From: a virus
Taxonomy: Duplodnaviria; Caudoviricetes
IMG/VR virus record: IMGVR_UViG_3300042112_000104
Span: 1 to 63,259 of that record
Strand: one strand, 5' to 3'
Length of the DNA: 63,259 bases
Part shown: in pieces, positions 54,501 to 63,259 of the stretch
Position numbering within the stretch: the first letter of the stretch is position 1
How the letters are laid out: every line of letters starts with the position of its first letter
Notes under the pieces: model-generated
Seen by the model: the letters and a program-made list of their open reading frames with translations, nothing else
What the model was told of the DNA's origin: nothing
Databases searched by the model: none
Translations under genes and position numbers: made by a program

Positions 54501-57500
54501 TATTTTATCTCCAGCTTCTACGCGCAACTTGATCTGCGGCTTTGGAAGTCCGCTGGTGTCCAAAACCCCGCCCTTCATTTGCAGTTTGGTGCCAGATTGT
54601 TTGGATGACTGTATGGCAAGAGAAGCGGCCAACTTTGGATCGGTGCCATATGCCTCCATATAATCGTCCAAGTATTGTTCGGCATCTTCGCGACGATCAA
54701 AATCGCGTTTTAAAGCAATATCAGGGCCACCATCAACATTCAGAATCACTTGGTAGGATTGCAAATACTCGCGGTAGCCAATGGGATTACCACGGCTATC
54801 TTTTTGGCGAGCGGCTTGGTTCCTGTCGCTCTGCATTTCATGGATATGGCTGATGTCAACCAAGTGGCTGGATCCTGTTCCTCCATACATATCCATTGCA
54901 ATTTTGGGTGAAGCAAACCACCACTGACGGTATGCCGCATAAAAATCCGCTTCTTGCGGAGTGATTGCTCCCGCCTTAACTGCAGGCCCAAGACTGTCTA
55001 ACGGAATAGACTCTCCTTCTTTTTTATAAGACTCAGGAGCTTCTGGCCCGTAAAAATGCGTTGCTATGGCCTTTCCGATTTCTGGAATGGTTCGTAGTGT
55101 CGGATCAACAATTTGCCGATCACCAACGCGCATATGCGCTATGTAATACGGATAGCCTTCGTAATGCGTCTCGCGATATTCCAAACCTTCGGCGCGACCC
55201 CTGTTACTAAGCTGAAAATCTAGCTGCTTCTCTTTGTTCAAACTGCGAGCTACGCGCTCGGCTTCGGCTCTGGTTTTATATCTTGTGACGGGATCGGCAG
55301 TGTGCGGGTAGAATTTAGCGCCCTTCTTAAATACAATCTCGTATGCTCCTTCAAGTGTGACTTTTTCTTTCGGAACTTTTCTTACGCTATACTCAACCAC
55401 TTCAAGGTTCGGACGAATCTGCAGGATTTTCTCCCTGTAGTTCGTGTCGCCGGGGATTCTATATCCAGCATCACCGTATTTTGTTTGCGGGACATCCTGA
55501 AATCCTCCAATGGCCTGCGGCCAGAACCCGCGCATCCCGAAATAGTTGTTGATGTTGTAAAGGCGCTGTGTCGGGTCTTTGACCATCCCGTTAATCCGCC
55601 AATGCGTCTGTGACCGTTTTTCTTCTGCAGAAATCATGTAATCCATCTCTAGGAGATTGATTTCGCTTTCATCCATAGCGCGGTCACGATTACGAACAGC
55701 CTCATCAAGTTTTCTCATGGCCTTAGCTGCGGCGAGATCTTTGTCTTTTGCCGCCTCTAGTTCCCTGCTGGCAGCTTCTCGCTCGGCTATGTATTCGTCA
55801 TTTATGCGTTGAAAATCACGATCAGCAATTCGATCACGCTTGTCTTGTAGTTGATGCGCCCTTTCGTCTGCTGCCTCAGCAGTCAATCGCGACCAACGCT
55901 CTGCTTCTTCAACGCCAAAGTCATCGATAGCCTGAAGAGCCTTTAAGACGGCATATTTATCAATATTCCACCCAGCATCAGCCAGTTCTCCTAGAACCTC
56001 GCTCTTGATCACGCTGCTCGGCTGGCGGATTCGGGCTTTTTTCAATGCTGCCTGCGCTTCTTGTTCTGAAAGATAATATTGGAAGCGAGAAACATTGATG
56101 TCTGGAGTCCAGATATTTCCAGACTCATCATAAATTCCCCACGATCCGTTGTTGGGATCTTGTTTAACAGTATAGTTCCCAAGAAGATCAGGAATCCGAT
56201 TGCGAGCTTCTGTCTCAAGATTCAGGTAGCGGTCATACAAGGCATCAAGTTTCTGCGTGAATCGCTTCCCAGCAGGAGAAATATTCTTCCAAGAAATGGC
56301 TCGCTCGCCAGATTCTTGACCACCAAGAATGCTTAGCATGAACTTCACGTTATTCTGACGGAGATACTCCATCAGATCAGCTTTGTTTACGTTCTTGCCA
56401 TCAGTGCTTAGCGTATCGATTGCCTCGTTGATTTTACTCCATTCAATTTCGGCAGGCTTAATGCCATTCTGCGGGTTATTAATGATGGCCCTGACCTGTT
56501 CGACTGTTGCTGATTTACCCTGAATCTTTTCATCCAGCGTTCCCTCAAGCCTGCTGCTGAAGCCGGGGTAAACACGCTCATCAATCGTTAGCTCTCTCCT
56601 TGGACGCATGGGCATGAACGCAGCAGCCTCTCGGAGATCTCGGAGAGATTGCAATTCGTTTACGTATTCAGGCCCATATGCCTCGCCAAAAGCGTCTCCC
56701 ATTGCCGCCTCTTCATCTTCTAGAACGCGCAAACGATCACGCTGTTCGGAAGTCATACGGAATCCTTGTTCTTCCACCGCTTCAGGCTGACGAATTCCGC
56801 CCTCACGGCGAGGCATGAAGTTGGCCTTTGCCAATCCGTAGGCCACAGGCATTTTGGGAAGAGATGTCGGAGCAATTTGCGCTATATGATCAATGCGGAC
56901 AGACATGATCGTCCTGTCCATGTTTAAATCGCGAGGATCTCCTTTTCGGCGGGGAACCTTGGTTCTGTCTGGGTTTACGCCCTCCGTAGCAGTGTCAAAT
57001 AGGTTCAAAAAGTCGTTGAAGACGTTGCGCTTCATTGCCGCGACTTGCGGATCTGCATCAAGCAATCTTGCTTGTGGGCTGGCGACCTGACCACTTTCCG
57101 TGTATCCACTGCCGGGCAATCCCTGTTGCCAGTTATAAAGATATTTCTGCGTGAATTCGTTCCAGAATTGTTCTTTGCTGCCCTTCCAAGGCATCAAACG
57201 TGCAGGCATCCTGTCGCCCCATGCATGGAGCTTATCAAACATCCGTCCAACCGAAATGGCAGTGAACAGGAAGTTGCCAGCCTTGGACATCATCAACCCA
57301 ATCGGCACCAGATCATAATACTTCGGAGAAAACGCCTCATATTCGCCCTTCTCATTCATCATCGCGGCATAATTAATGAGATACCGCGAGCCATCGTTGC
57401 GAACCAACGCATCGTTGATGTTCAAAATAACGTCTTTGATGCTTTTCGGCAGAATGGTTTCTGGAAGACTTTTAATGGCCTCGACCTGTAATGGACTGAG

Positions 57501-60500
57501 GGTTCCGCGATAGGTTTCTCCGCCCTCCTTGGTCGGATCAAAACGATTGGGAGCACCATAATCGGGGGTGTCTAAAGCCTCGCGAATGATCTTGTTTCGC
57601 TGCTTGAGTATTTTCTTAGCCTCTTTTGGCTGATGGAACCTAGGCGTTACCCCGTCTGGCTGCATTGCAACCTGACGGGCAACAACAACTTTGCTTCCTA
57701 CGGGGATGCCCTGAATATTGATCTCTGCAGCCAAAGGCCCGTATCCATTGCGTTGCTGTGGGCCAGCATCTGTGATGTCCCAAGAGCCTTCATACACCAT
57801 TGGCCCTGTGAGGACTTGCGGAGAGCCAATGGCGCTGCCATCTGGGCCTATAATTTGCGCCTGAACCTCAGTAACTGGCAGCGGACTGTAAGTTCCGAAT
57901 GTTTCTAAAAGGGCTTTATTCCTGACCAGTTCTGACCGTGTAATTTTAGGAGCCTGCTTGCCTTTTACTGCAGGACTAAGCTGCCCCTGAAGGTCAATCA
58001 TTGCCTCAAGGGCTTCTCTTGCGAGTAATTGAACTTCTGGAGTAAATCGCGCTCCGCTGTTGTCCGAAATAATGTCCTGTGCGTCAGGGATGTTGAGAAG
58101 CCTCTTCATGTCTGAGAGCTTCTTGGAAAGCGTCTCAAATTTTGCGCGTTTGAAGGCGAGCGTTGCTTTGTCAAAAAGCACTTGAACAACGGGAGGAGGA
58201 TTTTTGCCGAAAATCCTGCTCATGCTGTCAGCAGCTAGATCCGCTGTGATCTCTTCACGCAACTTGGCAGCAGCTTCCTTTTGATTTATGACGATTTGAC
58301 CAGTTTGCGGATCTCGTAGAATTTCGTTGGTCACTGGATCGCGCTGTGCCACAGAAGCCAAAAAGAATTCGGGATTAACCGCTGTGCCTGCGTAAACATT
58401 AACATATAGGTCTGCCAACTCTGCTTCGGTTAGTCCCTCGCCAACTTCCGCTACAACCTGACCATCGGCATTGCGGATCTCTTCTTTGAACAAGATCCTA
58501 TAAGGCTCAGCCATTAGCTGCTGATATTCTGGTATTTTGCTCAGATGGTGTCCCGCTTCATGCCGCAATGCCGTCAACGGATCCTGACCATTGTTGATTC
58601 TTCGGATGACGGCATCGGTGTTAACCACCATCGTCGGTTTAGCATCGTCCATGACGATCTTAGGCCCACGGAACTTTGGGATTCCGCCATACATGACGGT
58701 ATCATCTATGGTTCCATCATAGAATCCGTCCTGCTCAGCATAGGCACTGATAACATCTTCACTTTCGTTCGGATATTTGGCCCGTAAATGATCTTTGATC
58801 TGTTGTGTGCTGAGCAATCGAATGCCGACATTGTTTTGCCCACGAACAAACCCACCATTAGCCAAGCTATGAATTCCAGCTAGGGTCAGAAGATACTGCC
58901 GTCCAAATTCGTTGCGCGTTTGGACGTTGGCTCGCTTCATTCTTTCAAGAGCCTTCTGGTTGTTCGCCAAAACTTGCTGAGTCGCTGCGATAATTTGCGG
59001 GTTATTTGTGGCTTGGGCGGCTTCATATGCCCTCGCCGCTTGATCAGTGCGCTGCTGCTGGTTGTTGATGACAACTTGCCAATCTGTCATGGCATCTACG
59101 TTACCTCGGTCAACAGGACTCAGGTCTTGGTAGGCTTTCCAAGCCTCAACATCTTCTTTGCGTCTCCGCCGTGCATCGTAAACGGGATCGTCCATCCCGA
59201 ATGCTTTGTTCATCAATCGGGTTTGTGTGCGTCCCAAGCTAGACCAAAGCACTCCCTGCCCCATCATTGCCGCCATTTCCTCGGCGTCTTGAGAGTCCGC
59301 AATGCCAACAGCCAAGCCAACCAAAGTAGGCTCCACGCCTGCCCTGATATACTCCCTAGTGTTGTCGATAATGCTGTCGAGGCGCTTTCCGCCTGATGCT
59401 GTGAGCCTATCGCTTAATCCGCCCTTTATTGGAGTGACGCGAATTGGCTCGCCGCCTTCCGCTCGCGGGGCACCCCTGCCAGCCTGACGGTCACGGCGGA
59501 GCTTTGACATCGTTTCAAACGTCCCTGCCTGACCACCCGCCGAAAGGCGCTTCGCTTCGTAGTAGTTTCGGATAAATTCGGGCGTCGATTTGAGCATCCG
59601 CGCTCCAATCAATCCGCCAATAACGCCAAGCGGCGAGTCTGGCTCTAGTCCATAGCCAATGCCAGCGCCTGCAATATATGGAGAAACTTGCCTGACCTTC
59701 TTGAAGAATTCGCTTCGATCAATGGCCTCTTGCGCTTTTTTAAGCGATTCATCAACGGCAACAGCGGTCTTTTCTCTTTTCGTAACCCGCTGACTTTTTT
59801 CAAAATTGGCTTGCTGCTTAGACTTCAATTTTGCCGCATCTTCAGCAAGAAGGCGATTCACTTCGTCAGGAGTCTTTCCTCTGAATCGGAGATAACTCGC
59901 CACTTTTGGAGTGGCATATGAACCCAATTTCAAAAGGTTCATGCCGTAGCCGACAGCATCCAAACCAAACCCTTCTGGCAGCAAAATCTCGCCAGCGGTC
60001 ATAATATCTGGATCCATCTCAGGAATGAGCTTTTTGGCCTCTGCAACTCCCTCAAGGGCACCAATCGTCATTGCCTCAAGATCGCTTTGTCTCGCCTCTA
60101 TGGCCTGTTCGCGGGTAAATCCATTTTCCCGCATATAGTCTTCAACGGTTCCAATAGTAGAGGTTGCCGCTGCATTGACCGCTGGAGCTAAAAACTCCAG
60201 ATATCGATGGTATGCCGTGGGATTGACCGATTCAAAATCGTATGCCGCTCCTTCAAAATTCTTGCGAGCCTTCCAGCGCTCAAAACTCGTATCATAACCG
60301 TTCAAGCCAATACCCTCGCTGAGCAAATCCCATCCCTCAATGCCGCCAGCGCCCATTTTCTGACCAATTTTGGCAAGCTGGTATGGAAGATCTACAGCAG
60401 GAGCAACAAAAGCCATCGGCGCTGCTTTGGTTCGCTCAATAACCCCTTGCTGGGTTTGTAAAATTTCAGCGCGTTGTTCTGGGGTATATTCTTCTAGAAC

Positions 60501-61406
60501 AAGGTCTAAATATTCCTTGCCAGTGAATTCAATTCCTCCACCAGTATATCCCGTTTGAGGGTAATACTCCCCGATTCTTTCAGTTACTCTTTCCCGTGCG
60601 CGAGGAGGCAACTGCGAATGAAGCTGCCATGCAAGATTGTAGTCTTTGCCAGTAATTTCACCAAGCGCTACATCTCTTGCAAATTTTGCAGTTCCTTTTC
60701 CAACGCCAACAAGCGTCTCGCCAAACATAACGGCCATGTCGATTGGGAATTTCCCAACGGCACCACCAAGATTAAGCCAATCCTTGGAATCTTTCGGAAC
60801 CTTCCACGCGCTGTTTTGGCGAATATAGTCGTAAACCTCGCGCTCCTGTTTGGCATTTAGAGGAATGTCTGGCCTGATTTTTACAGCCTCGGCAAGTTCT
60901 TCAACGCTTAACGAATCCCGCAAATCCATCATGTTGGAATCCATCTCAAACCCGCGCTGATCAGCGGCCAGCTTGAGGAAAATGTCCAATGGCTTTGTCG
61001 AAACCTCTTCTTTTGTCTCTTCTGGTTTCGGCTGGGTAATAATTTCGGGCGTTTTTGTCGGCTCTTCTTGCCTGAACGGAAGCATCCATGCTTTCCAATC
61101 CTGTGGCGGGGCGCTTATTTCCGCGCCTCGCGTCATTTGTTCTATTGTCGGCTTTCCGCCTTCAATCTTCGGAGGCTCTGGATTCGGCGGCAGGGCAGGC
61201 GCTGGTTCTGCTTTTGCGGCTTCTGTTAAAGGCTCTGGAACAGTTCCTTTTTCAGGAACAACGGCAGGCAACGCCATTTTCTCGCGCCTAAGAACCTCCT
61301 CCGCTTCGGCAAGGATATCAGATGCGGGAGTCAGGGCGGATTCGCCCTCTTTTTCTTTATTGAGAGCTTCTTCCGCCTCCCGCAAAATTTCTTCGGCGGT
61401 AGCCAT
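48597..61406 (-). CDS. Giant (4269 aa) polyvalent-type internal virion/ejection protein
   Basis: Last gene of the ejection cluster; HEAGH zincin motif at about aa 949; duplicated domain; six F-[ML]-P linkers. Confidence 0.75.
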   Translation of the reverse strand: MATAEEILREAEEALNKEKEGESALTPASDILAEAEEVLRREKMALPAVVPEKGTVPEPLTEAAKAEPAPALPPNPEPPKIEGGKPTIEQMTRGAEISAPPQDWKAWMLPFRQEEPTKTPEIITQPKPEETKEEVSTKPLDIFLKLAADQRGFEMDSNMMDLRDSLSVEELAEAVKIRPDIPLNAKQEREVYDYIRQNSAWKVPKDSKDWLNLGGAVGKFPIDMAVMFGETLVGVGKGTAKFARDVALGEITGKDYNLAWQLHSQLPPRARERVTERIGEYYPQTGYTGGGIEFTGKEYLDLVLEEYTPEQRAEILQTQQGVIERTKAAPMAFVAPAVDLPYQLAKIGQKMGAGGIEGWDLLSEGIGLNGYDTSFERWKARKNFEGAAYDFESVNPTAYHRYLEFLAPAVNAAATSTIGTVEDYMRENGFTREQAIEARQSDLEAMTIGALEGVAEAKKLIPEMDPDIMTAGEILLPEGFGLDAVGYGMNLLKLGSYATPKVASYLRFRGKTPDEVNRLLAEDAAKLKSKQQANFEKSQRVTKREKTAVAVDESLKKAQEAIDRSEFFKKVRQVSPYIAGAGIGYGLEPDSPLGVIGGLIGARMLKSTPEFIRNYYEAKRLSAGGQAGTFETMSKLRRDRQAGRGAPRAEGGEPIRVTPIKGGLSDRLTASGGKRLDSIIDNTREYIRAGVEPTLVGLAVGIADSQDAEEMAAMMGQGVLWSSLGRTQTRLMNKAFGMDDPVYDARRRRKEDVEAWKAYQDLSPVDRGNVDAMTDWQVVINNQQQRTDQAARAYEAAQATNNPQIIAATQQVLANNQKALERMKRANVQTRNEFGRQYLLTLAGIHSLANGGFVRGQNNVGIRLLSTQQIKDHLRAKYPNESEDVISAYAEQDGFYDGTIDDTVMYGGIPKFRGPKIVMDDAKPTMVVNTDAVIRRINNGQDPLTALRHEAGHHLSKIPEYQQLMAEPYRILFKEEIRNADGQVVAEVGEGLTEAELADLYVNVYAGTAVNPEFFLASVAQRDPVTNEILRDPQTGQIVINQKEAAAKLREEITADLAADSMSRIFGKNPPPVVQVLFDKATLAFKRAKFETLSKKLSDMKRLLNIPDAQDIISDNSGARFTPEVQLLAREALEAMIDLQGQLSPAVKGKQAPKITRSELVRNKALLETFGTYSPLPVTEVQAQIIGPDGSAIGSPQVLTGPMVYEGSWDITDAGPQQRNGYGPLAAEINIQGIPVGSKVVVARQVAMQPDGVTPRFHQPKEAKKILKQRNKIIREALDTPDYGAPNRFDPTKEGGETYRGTLSPLQVEAIKSLPETILPKSIKDVILNINDALVRNDGSRYLINYAAMMNEKGEYEAFSPKYYDLVPIGLMMSKAGNFLFTAISVGRMFDKLHAWGDRMPARLMPWKGSKEQFWNEFTQKYLYNWQQGLPGSGYTESGQVASPQARLLDADPQVAAMKRNVFNDFLNLFDTATEGVNPDRTKVPRRKGDPRDLNMDRTIMSVRIDHIAQIAPTSLPKMPVAYGLAKANFMPRREGGIRQPEAVEEQGFRMTSEQRDRLRVLEDEEAAMGDAFGEAYGPEYVNELQSLRDLREAAAFMPMRPRRELTIDERVYPGFSSRLEGTLDEKIQGKSATVEQVRAIINNPQNGIKPAEIEWSKINEAIDTLSTDGKNVNKADLMEYLRQNNVKFMLSILGGQESGERAISWKNISPAGKRFTQKLDALYDRYLNLETEARNRIPDLLGNYTVKQDPNNGSWGIYDESGNIWTPDINVSRFQYYLSEQEAQAALKKARIRQPSSVIKSEVLGELADAGWNIDKYAVLKALQAIDDFGVEEAERWSRLTAEAADERAHQLQDKRDRIADRDFQRINDEYIAEREAASRELEAAKDKDLAAAKAMRKLDEAVRNRDRAMDESEINLLEMDYMISAEEKRSQTHWRINGMVKDPTQRLYNINNYFGMRGFWPQAIGGFQDVPQTKYGDAGYRIPGDTNYREKILQIRPNLEVVEYSVRKVPKEKVTLEGAYEIVFKKGAKFYPHTADPVTRYKTRAEAERVARSLNKEKQLDFQLSNRGRAEGLEYRETHYEGYPYYIAHMRVGDRQIVDPTLRTIPEIGKAIATHFYGPEAPESYKKEGESIPLDSLGPAVKAGAITPQEADFYAAYRQWWFASPKIAMDMYGGTGSSHLVDISHIHEMQSDRNQAARQKDSRGNPIGYREYLQSYQVILNVDGGPDIALKRDFDRREDAEQYLDDYMEAYGTDPKLAASLAIQSSKQSGTKLQMKGGVLDTSGLPKPQIKLRVEAGDKIPKNAEAPPEAPFSQSREWGLALIKNQIVDAVKSGHKYVYWSGGKTQAKRWRDLVPLEKVEYRSVNDAGQMEVLLYPSSGIYAYLTVDPNTKEIIFSEMSPGMGRFDFKGKALDKIIPKEMADEIVRKGKEGISDTIKPKRGSTFFGGLKFKPYYDEIAVNEVNKFLKKYGSKVFPFQVPKPQDQGTGELVYLGMKDPQDPMDPTAPDRAVAEYKTLEKAVGEAQKRKNIDYLDADEGWIFPITPALADAVNTNSLPTFMPRREMKEPTSEQGFYSQLERTLNSKIQGKFVTPEQAKAMLGEYIVTETATIDGKQKTSVIARVPADQKAVAEAAARARESEDATVRVAWNSPNKVREDEVIFSDAINVINKLASQGGGKISKDLLLEHIRGNRPELLTVDGGQQYNTMELTLAGGDGYYETVLTMTPRPNREGKPLKEFRSGHYRRTPGYLAHVRYKYRYDENGRLGIMIEEFQSDRSQKGRDYGWREEDPAKLIDTLNRWRLEEIYVALLAKQSGEAAKKTIEEVERDISAYPLMDRNAPYHDARIEADAMEASALKSALKKMLADQTEAIDPLTQVPITIGEMASNLIDTAVNRQEAEDGDFAGIPDMPFKRDWGLQLFKRILEKAVSSDEAIRRNEFDAAVERFERYKVAYGPTSPEAVQAMMAIPSKPIAQNGVEWIGWTKGVTQVQRYQDMMRQIIDNIRYYKNGEDGIDVFFYKGDPIYDQNVTEGEDVEVLQTPGVIGTARVRQSDGTVLAGEGRIKDILEQVRGEAAEGKRPAEVKLKEIVGNKIAQQITSSATGSEQSISEADLTIGGEGMKGYYDIVQPSDIGKYMKPYGAKVADTFLRVPEYGMQATDTRLRSEWNKTEKEFWVSMEDNTKPISPRFKTVEEALDFQKKLVEGLVPMWKIDLSPSVISRVEQEGQPQFMPQREPATFVRFDGELNKKKGSWLARIRIVPGPDGRGAFSPELYFEGDSSADSKLLFPGSFKTFEQAQAELQKMFEDNSLPMAQFEALEAPIVGTDNPKYQAGAWENTLRINGFESLIPSLEDQIENEQMRQEATPAYFDRLPSSERLLDDALNTQWVINFANGTKAIEYGYNKEAIVSLMKSRYGEQQWIEWVDSIDRLTDENDPRRGQQPEFMPSRRYERDPNLPEDDVLRRKDRFEEGALDLVNVPLTGVPAAVLGNLDRSFHLTTIARRILDDFEPFVLQRQYTRFLERLNRGEIPVPDAEERAAELTKSIELNKTAMSYMMDLFSDLAASLPEVGALDKRSGKRVDPFMVLKENFPNGMQRPIDDILVDISNVMSAVHPPAGTFPEGYNPGYSANNDVLNAAQVMSDFVDIQPETMDLLYQRTMGKTQEQADRDEAAAIEEMLNPEFNEVTETPAGFISRRIPDEPNPLMEEGETIQDTLERIGFQYEGEAVAKNDEETRALENLVELNEGQTWRTAPQTYVPDVEGYKIAATKMNQDASGTLTGIAEIVPKTVNLPENVSRLFYEVEFDKPIDVEGNNLEKGFVNAAEITGFTQFLPKRKNPPVADFTVAQEGRVKLPKKTPQRGFYYVGLEDTDGNVILAKMDPTRVVEPEVKDISTISGKRAGMLQADRHHTLGKDMGGPMHPWLISNQETVIGPDGKEYKVVWGNLGQNQVTAVKNRMATSVDDGYHIVQIMEDHAHRSNIAFGTEYIQEMDAFNKANKLEPWVVEMAHVALELGNLKADKIKEAIKRGALNRKRREKGLPPIPPPKNTPTDKAIIKYNESLTPVKNWIARDTPEFLKKAEDKAKQIYNANKNKAWFKRLLALGANKNFMQEFMGYSFTARGAAMEKVSGLPQLPNVVKALQDSEDMINSKVGQAVAVIQLSTNPDAFALYFGKDPKQEAAMSASERKMRDTLLKNPKFKVHPSYPWMMLGPANGNNFLIKTPVYLPSLFPNYAKQHPTLSQNLKEGRPVNDNDIIGSMLKTPNPPLIIP

Positions 61407-61407
61407 G

Positions 61408-63225
61408 TTAATCTACAGCAATAGCGGATTCCATTTCTGCTTCCAGAGTTTTCTTCTGCTCCAAAAGCGTTTTTAGTTCGGAGAATTTCGTGTTGTATTC
61501 TTCAGTGCCCCTTGTGAGTCCTGTCATCTCGGAAACTTTCGCTCTAATTTGCGCCTCTACGTCTCCAAGAGGGTCTGGAGTTTTCAGGTCAATAGCCACC
61601 ATTTCGGGCCTTGCCCCAGATTGTTCGGCCAGCCTTTTATAAATCGACGTTAGCTGGTTCTGCCCCCGTTGACGCTCCATAAACAGTGATTTGCCCTGCT
61701 GAACAAAGTTTTTCCGCTGTGCTGGAGCAAGTCTTCCGCCGCTGAGCAATCGGTTATATTCGGCTCTGATGCGGTCAGGAACGCCTGCAGCATTCTGAGC
61801 GTTTGCAAACTCTTGTTCTCGGACAACGCTGCCGGGGTCGAGCAGCTTCATAAAGCTGAAGATCATCGCCAAGTCGCCAGCGCCTTCGCCACCTGATTCT
61901 GCCATCCTTGCGGCACTTTTGATGTTGGCCCAAGCATTTTGAACCACCATGTAGTCTTTAGACGCAGCAATAAACTCCTTGCGGAGCTTTTGTTCTGCAT
62001 CAGCGTCTGGGCCTGCGGTTGCCGTTGTTGTGGTTCGGGCTTTTTCCAGTTCAAGACGCGCCTTTTCTAGGGCCAATCGATCTGCCTCTGTTTGTGGTTC
62101 TTTCATCTTCGGAGGCATGACCTCCCAATATGTTTCGCCAGTTTCGTTATCGACGCGCTGCTCAACCACAGGGCGCTCGTAGTTTTCGGGCATTGGCATT
62201 TCGGCCACCTGACGCGCTGCCTCAAACGTGGGATACGCGCCCGGCTCAAATCCAGCGGGGAATTCGGTTGCGGGGGCTGGCATTTGCGCCAACGGGGCGG
62301 CAGACGCAGCGGCATTACGCTCCAAAGCGCTACCAAGAACAGCGCCACGCACTTGCTGCCGCAATTCCTGCATCTGTCGCTCAGTTTCTGAGGGAATGTA
62401 AGAGACATTTACGGGGGCGCTTAGATCGGTAAGCGGAAGTCCCATTGCGCCTGCAGGCATTGTTGGGGGAACGCCTCCTGCTTGAGCCACGCCATATTGA
62501 GCAGCGGCTTCTGGAGTAATCCTCATATCTTGAGGAGCAACAACATCGCCTGCGCGTCCAAAAATGTCTTCTGTGCCGACAGCGCCCGGCGTGAATACTG
62601 GAGGCGGAGTTAAATTAAACAGCGAACCGCCAGCGGGAACAGGAGCGGGAAGTCTTTCGTCAATCTCTTCTTCCTCAGGAAGCGGCTCTAGTTCGGGCAA
62701 TGGTTCAAGAGGAACGTCTTCTGGAGCGATATTGAGATTTGGATCAACAGGAGTTATCCCCTCGCCATCTCCCTGATCCATTGGTTGACGTGGAGGCTCA
62801 CCAACCATCCTGCGAGGCGGCTTTTTGTTTCCTCCAACTTCGCGCAGACGATTCGCGGCAGCTTCTCTCAAATAATTGATGCGAGCCTGAAGCGCTTCTG
62901 AAGAACGTGCAGATTTAATCGCTTCTATATCAAGATCCCTGCTGTGCTTTCTTTCTTCGGCTTCAAGGCCGCGCTGATACTCCATAACAGACCCATATCC
63001 CTGAAGTGCGCTCTGTCCTATATTCCCAATTGCTCCATAAAGGGCTGTTGCTGGCAGTTCAGCGTTTTCATCGCCAACGGCATATGCTCCAGCAACATCT
63101 CTAGAAAATTGAGATGGAGAAACTACAGGCACAAAAGGACTTAATCCTTCGAGAGCAGATGTAATCTTTGCCTGCCTTGGATTGAATGTGTATCCAGACG
63201 TTTCTCTAGACATTTGCGCTGCCAT
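61408..63225 (-). CDS. Putative DNA-transfer/ejection protein
   Basis: Pro/Glu-rich middle; C-terminal GDLAMIFSFMKLLDPGSVVREQEF motif that I associate with phage injection proteins. Confidence 0.65.
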   Translation of the reverse strand: MAAQMSRETSGYTFNPRQAKITSALEGLSPFVPVVSPSQFSRDVAGAYAVGDENAELPATALYGAIGNIGQSALQGYGSVMEYQRGLEAEERKHSRDLDIEAIKSARSSEALQARINYLREAAANRLREVGGNKKPPRRMVGEPPRQPMDQGDGEGITPVDPNLNIAPEDVPLEPLPELEPLPEEEEIDERLPAPVPAGGSLFNLTPPPVFTPGAVGTEDIFGRAGDVVAPQDMRITPEAAAQYGVAQAGGVPPTMPAGAMGLPLTDLSAPVNVSYIPSETERQMQELRQQVRGAVLGSALERNAAASAAPLAQMPAPATEFPAGFEPGAYPTFEAARQVAEMPMPENYERPVVEQRVDNETGETYWEVMPPKMKEPQTEADRLALEKARLELEKARTTTTATAGPDADAEQKLRKEFIAASKDYMVVQNAWANIKSAARMAESGGEGAGDLAMIFSFMKLLDPGSVVREQEFANAQNAAGVPDRIRAEYNRLLSGGRLAPAQRKNFVQQGKSLFMERQRGQNQLTSIYKRLAEQSGARPEMVAIDLKTPDPLGDVEAQIRAKVSEMTGLTRGTEEYNTKFSELKTLLEQKKTLEAEMESAIAVD

Positions 63226-63259
63226 AATTAAGCCCCTCCGTAAGTTAAGTTAGATGCGG
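63024..63259. repeat. Terminal direct repeat (copy 2)
   Basis: Matches 1-236; joins the 3' end of ORF 205-936 to the start of ORF 61408-63225. Confidence 0.95.

Noticed and set aside
1-63259. Alternative genetic code or prophage with host flanks
   Set aside because: Standard-code ORFs tile the minus strand densely; no integrase or host housekeeping genes recognised; ends overlap

Overview
The window is an apparently complete, circularly permuted dsDNA tailed-phage genome of about 63,023 bp. Positions 1-236 repeat at 63024-63259 with one synonymous mismatch. The architecture is podovirus-like and essentially every credible gene is on the minus strand. In transcription order it carries: an early region with four sigma70-like promoters (47.2-42.8 kb); a recombination/replication module (RecT-like, PD-(D/E)xK nuclease, DUF1376 initiator with iteron-like repeats, DnaC-like loader, SSB, RusA-like); terminase small and large subunits; portal, scaffold and major capsid genes interleaved with a methyltransferase and four glycosyltransferase-like genes; lysis genes; tail genes; a cluster of Gly-rich MGG-starting putative ejection proteins interrupted by a PP-loop (PAPS-reductase-like) enzyme; a 4269-aa polyvalent-type protein; and an atypical initiator-like tRNA(CAU). 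I recognised no integrase, DNA polymerase or RNA polymerase. All family calls come from motif recognition and gene context, not database searches. The strongest candidates for novel biology are (1) a virion-protein modification system (glycosyltransferases in the head operon, plus GNAT-like and PP-loop enzymes beside MGG...GGA proteins), (2) a giant protein punctuated by six F-[ML]-P linkers with its own HExxH motif, (3) a perfect-consensus antisense promoter at the middle/late boundary aimed at a dual-frame RusA-like locus, and (4) a degenerate initiator tRNA.
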